In this document: positions 60,419 to 64,000 of the stretch, piece by piece | Position numbering within the stretch: position 1 is the first letter of the stretch | Layout of the letters: each line of letters opens with the position of its first letter | Assembly (NCBI GenBank): GCA_965219095.1 | Contig: CBDCMT010000001.1 | Coordinates: 704,001 to 768,000, forward strand | Origin: Bdellovibrionales bacterium | Lineage (GTDB): Bacteria; Bdellovibrionota; Bdellovibrionia; Bdellovibrionales; UBA1609 | Length of the DNA: 64,000 bases | Direction: 5' to 3' | Notes under the pieces: generated by a model | The model's database searches: none | What the model was told of the DNA's origin: nothing | What the model saw: only the letters and a program-made list of their open reading frames with translations | Made by a program: the position numbers and the translations under genes

Positions 60419-62800
60419 TTATTGGCAGGCTTCACATGTTTGTGGTTTTTCTAAAGAACAAGCTACAGCATCTTGGTCTGTTGCAGCTTGAACAGTGATT
60501 TTCGATATCTTTGTTGCAGGCCTTGAACGCAAGTAATATGTTGTTTTCAGCCCCTTTTTCCAAACATACATATACATGCTGGAGAGTTTTCCTATATTAG
60601 GGCTTTCCATAAAAAGGTTAAGAGATTGGCTTTGATCAATATAAGGTGCTCTAGACCCTGCTAAATCAATAAGGCTTTTTTGAGATAATTCCCAAGTGGT
60701 GCGGAAAAGTTTTTTAAGATCGTCTGGAATCTCTTCAATATTTTGCAAAGAACCCTCATAGTTTTTAATTTTTTGACGAATTTGCTCATTCCAAATTCCC
60801 CTTTGCTTTAATTCTTTAATCAAGTAGTTGTTGATTTGGATGAATTCACCAGAAAGGGTTTCTCTTTTAAAATAATTAGAAATTTGAGGTTCTGTAGCTT
60901 CATAGACACCAGTGATAGAAGAGATAGTTGCTGTAGGAGCGATAGCAATGATCAAAGAGTTTCTCAAACCATATTTTTTAATATCTTTTTTCAGTTTCAT
61001 CCATTTTTTTTCATCAGTGGGTTTTACATTCCAAAGGTCAAACTGAAGCTTTCCTTGTGAAACTCGTGTTTTATCAAAATTTTTGTGGATTCCTAGTTTT
61101 TTTGCTAAATCACAGGAAGTTTTTATAGCTTCATAATAAATATGTTCTTGAATTTTTGTTGAAAGTTCTAAAGCTTGATGACTGTCAAAATTAAGCTTCA
61201 GCTTGAAGAAAACATCTTGCAAGCCCATAACACCTAAACCCACAGGTCTCCAAACTGTATTGGAAGCTTTTGCTGTTGTTATAGGATAGAAGTTAATATC
61301 AATCACACGGTCTAAAAATTTCACAGCCATCTGAACAGTTTCGGATAACTTTTTAAAATCGAAATTTCCTTTGTCGCTTACATGGCGACTTAAGTTCACT
61401 GAGCCTAAGTTGCAAACGGCCGTTTCGTTATGAGATGTGACTTCTAAAATCTCTGTGCAAAGGTTAGAGAGGTGAATAACATGCTCTGGTTTTAAGGTTT
61501 GGTTTGATTTTTTATTGGAAGAATCTTTAAAAGTGATCCAACCATTTCCTGTTTGAGCTAAAGTTTTCATCATACGAGCATAGAGTTTTTGGGCTGGAAT
61601 TTGCTTTGTATAAAGACCCTTGTTTTCAGCCTTTAAGTAAATGGTTTCAAAATCTTTTTCATAAGTATCAATCAGTTCAGGAACAGTTTTAGGATCAAAC
61701 AAAGACCAAAGCTCATTGGCTTCAACTCTCTTCATAAAAAGATCAGGAATCCAATTAGCTAAATTTAAATTATGAGTTCTTTGAGCTTCATCACCTGTGT
61801 TGTCTCTGAGTTGTAAAAACTCTTCAATATCAGAGTGCCATGTTTCTACATAAACACAGGCAGCTCCTTTTCTTCTACCTCCTTGGTTTACGGCTGCAAT
61901 GGAGGAGTCTAGGGTTTTCAGCCAAGGGACTAAACCATTAGAGTGACCATTTGTACCTTTAATAAGAGAGCCTCTGGAACGGACTCTTGAAAAGGAAACT
62001 CCAATTCCTCCTGCAAATTTAGAAAGCAAAGCTATATCTTTGTATTTATTGTAAATAGAGTCTAGGCTGTCTTGGGGAGAGTCTAAGAGGTAGCAAGATG
62101 ATAGCTGAGAGTGCGGGGTAGCGGAATTAAAAAGCGTAGGAGAGCTTGGCATATAGTCTAAGCGAGAAATGAGATCATAAAATTCTTTAGCTTCTTGAAA
62201 GGTATGACTTAAACCACAAGCTACCCGTAAGAAAAAGTACTGAGGTGTTTCAATTACATCTCTTGTTTGGGGGTGTTTTAACAAATAACGATCATAAATT
62301 GTTTTCAATCCAAAATAGTCAAGACGATCTGTTCGAGCTGGTTGAATGGCAATGCAAAAAGCTTCTTTATTTTCTTTGATAAAATGGTACTTTTCTTGTG
62401 ATAAAAGGCCTTGCTTATAAGCTACTGTAGCGTATTCAAAGAAGTTGTTGATTTTATTTTGTGTGATCTCTTCAGAAATAAAACGGTTAAGAAGACGACT
62501 TGCTAGTTTAGAATAAGATGGTTCTTCTGCGATCAATAAAGCGGCTGTGCGTATACAAAGCTGATCTAACTCTTTTGTAGTGGCTCTATCGTAGAGGCCG
62601 CTGATAGCTTTAGTGGCTACCCTCATAGGATCCACTTCATCTAAGCCTGTGGAGCAAGCAATGACTACGTTGATAATTTTGTTTACGTTGACAGGCTCTA
62701 AGGCTCCATCTCTCTTACAGACTCTCATAATTTTTGCACCTGATTTAGAAACAGGTTGCACATTTGTTGTATCGGTTTGGTAAATTGTCTCTTGATCCAC
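60419..62800 (-). CDS. nrdA: Ribonucleotide reductase class I alpha subunit with ATP cone
   Basis: VCKRDG, SPTLFN, LSSCYL, SNLCTEI, APTAT, KTTYYLR, C-terminal CEACQ. Confidence 0.97.
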   Translation of the reverse strand: MDQETIYQTDTTNVQPVSKSGAKIMRVCKRDGALEPVNVNKIINVVIACSTGLDEVDPMRVATKAISGLYDRATTKELDQLCIRTAALLIAEEPSYSKLASRLLNRFISEEITQNKINNFFEYATVAYKQGLLSQEKYHFIKENKEAFCIAIQPARTDRLDYFGLKTIYDRYLLKHPQTRDVIETPQYFFLRVACGLSHTFQEAKEFYDLISRLDYMPSSPTLFNSATPHSQLSSCYLLDSPQDSLDSIYNKYKDIALLSKFAGGIGVSFSRVRSRGSLIKGTNGHSNGLVPWLKTLDSSIAAVNQGGRRKGAACVYVETWHSDIEEFLQLRDNTGDEAQRTHNLNLANWIPDLFMKRVEANELWSLFDPKTVPELIDTYEKDFETIYLKAENKGLYTKQIPAQKLYARMMKTLAQTGNGWITFKDSSNKKSNQTLKPEHVIHLSNLCTEILEVTSHNETAVCNLGSVNLSRHVSDKGNFDFKKLSETVQMAVKFLDRVIDINFYPITTAKASNTVWRPVGLGVMGLQDVFFKLKLNFDSHQALELSTKIQEHIYYEAIKTSCDLAKKLGIHKNFDKTRVSQGKLQFDLWNVKPTDEKKWMKLKKDIKKYGLRNSLIIAIAPTATISSITGVYEATEPQISNYFKRETLSGEFIQINNYLIKELKQRGIWNEQIRQKIKNYEGSLQNIEEIPDDLKKLFRTTWELSQKSLIDLAGSRAPYIDQSQSLNLFMESPNIGKLSSMYMYVWKKGLKTTYYLRSRPATKISKITVQAATDQDAVACSLEKPQTCEACQ

Positions 62801-63119
62801 GAAGCCCTCCTTGTCCTATCTTTTATTAAATAACTCTAACGATTGTGTGTTGTTTTTAGAAAGGATATCTCAAGCTATAAGATTTTCAAGGAAGTTTTTT
62901 TTATAGTTTTCATAACAAAAAAAATCAGGTCTTTAAAACTGTCACATTTCTAATCTGTTTTTTGACACCTGCCCAAATAACAAGACAAAAAAATGACACT
63001 AAGTCTCTATTCTAACAGTAAATAAGAAGTCAATGCATTGCAAAAAGAATGAATTAAGTTATCTTTTTTGTTTTGCGTTATTTTTTGGCCTTTGATCATT
63101 TGTCTTTTAAACTGTTTTT

Positions 63120-63362
63120 ATGGATTTAAAAAATATGCGTGATGGATTTATAGAAAAAATCACTGACATCAAAGAAAAAGATTATGGCGATTTTAAAAGA
63201 AAAGCTGGTCAGTACTTGAATAAACTTCAACAGCAACTTCAAAAAGATCATCTAGACACTTACTTTGATGAAATCCGATGTGAGGTTATTTTTACCCCCT
63301 CTGAAGATGTAGAGAGTGCTAGAGAAAAGATCATCAGTTGGGCGGAGAGTTTAAAAATTTAA
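63120..63362 (+). CDS. Hypothetical protein
   Basis: 80-aa ORF abutting the next gene. Confidence 0.55.
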   Translation: MDLKNMRDGFIEKITDIKEKDYGDFKRKAGQYLNKLQQQLQKDHLDTYFDEIRCEVIFTPSEDVESAREKIISWAESLKI

Positions 63363-64000
63363 GTGAAACTATGTCTTGTATCTTTTGTGAAGACTTTGGA
63401 TCTTTCTCCTGTAAAAACAAGGTTAAAAAAAGACTTAGGGGATAAAGCTACACGTACTTTTTATACCTTAGCTCTCCAAGCCACAGAAGATCTTATGAAA
63501 AAAGTATCGCAGGATTTTTCCTGTTTTTGGGCTGTTTGTGAAAAAAAAGCTGTAAATCATAGCCTTTGGGTTTCTTTTCCTACTTTGTTTCAAGGGGAGG
63601 GAGGTTTGGGGGAAAAGCTTTTTTCTATTTATTTTCAGCTTATGTCTAAAGGCAGTGTTGTTTTTATAGGTATGGATTCTCCTCATATTAGCTATAAAAC
63701 CTTTTACAAGATCAGGGATGCGTTTAAAAAACGAAATAGTGACTTTGTTTTAGGTTTAGCAGAGGATGGAGGTTTTTATGTTCTTGCTATTTCACAAAGG
63801 GTTGTTTTAAAAAGGAGTGATTTTATAAGCATTACCTACAGTTCATACCAAACAGGGGCTTTATTAGCTAAAACATTAGAGAAGAAAGGAAGGGTTGAAT
63901 TTTTAGATGTGCAAACAGATATTGATAAAAAGGAAGACTTTAAAAGGTTAAAATGGCCTTCTGAAAAAGATCTCTTACCTTCGCAAAAAAAATTAAAACA
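63363..64000 (+). CDS. DUF2064/TIGR04282-like glycosyltransferase-fold protein (runs off window)
   Basis: From GTG at 63363: VKTRL...QGEGGLGEKL...IGMDSP...LGLAEDGGFY...DID. Confidence 0.8.
   Translation, partial: MKLCLVSFVKTLDLSPVKTRLKKDLGDKATRTFYTLALQATEDLMKKVSQDFSCFWAVCEKKAVNHSLWVSFPTLFQGEGGLGEKLFSIYFQLMSKGSVVFIGMDSPHISYKTFYKIRDAFKKRNSDFVLGLAEDGGFYVLAISQRVVLKRSDFISITYSSYQTGALLAKTLEKKGRVEFLDVQTDIDKKEDFKRLKWPSEKDLLPSQKKLK

Overview
AT-rich bacterial chromosome segment with a very high load of insertion sequences (IS). Gene content suggests a Bdellovibrionota/Oligoflexia-like host, which is an inference. From left to right: the 5' part of mutL; an intact ISL3; a LysR-linked envelope thiol-redox operon (TlpA-like proteins, a Cys-tailed small protein, a beta-barrel, CcdA) with a partial duplicate; nested IS debris (IS256, IS1634, IS5, IS982, IS3, IS630, IS66) and a broken mutS2. 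A ~33 kb integrative conjugative element (ICE, 15.6-48.9 kb) is integrated at the 3' end of tRNA-Pro(TGG) by a large serine recombinase. It carries a minimal VirB2/3/4/5/6/8/10-VirD4-relaxase module, a Ubl/E2-E1/DUF6527-like operon, two regulator plus secreted 'GG-x-GGN' protein modules, an IS-split lipoprotein with ~34 BspA-type leucine-rich repeats (LRR), a split m6A methyltransferase/GIY-YIG-RAMA/helicase locus, and Shedu. A second IS nest, tRNA-Gln, nrdBA and a DUF2064-like gene follow. The top observation is that the recombinase attachment site lies inside its own gene. An intact attP-like dyad at 15580-15621 shows the reading frame running through the crossover into a 155-aa HTH plus recombinase-DNA-binding extension, whereas the integrated copy stops 5 codons later inside the antisense tRNA. 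This is a candidate integration-dependent long/short integrase switch. All family assignments are by motif recognition only; no searches were run.
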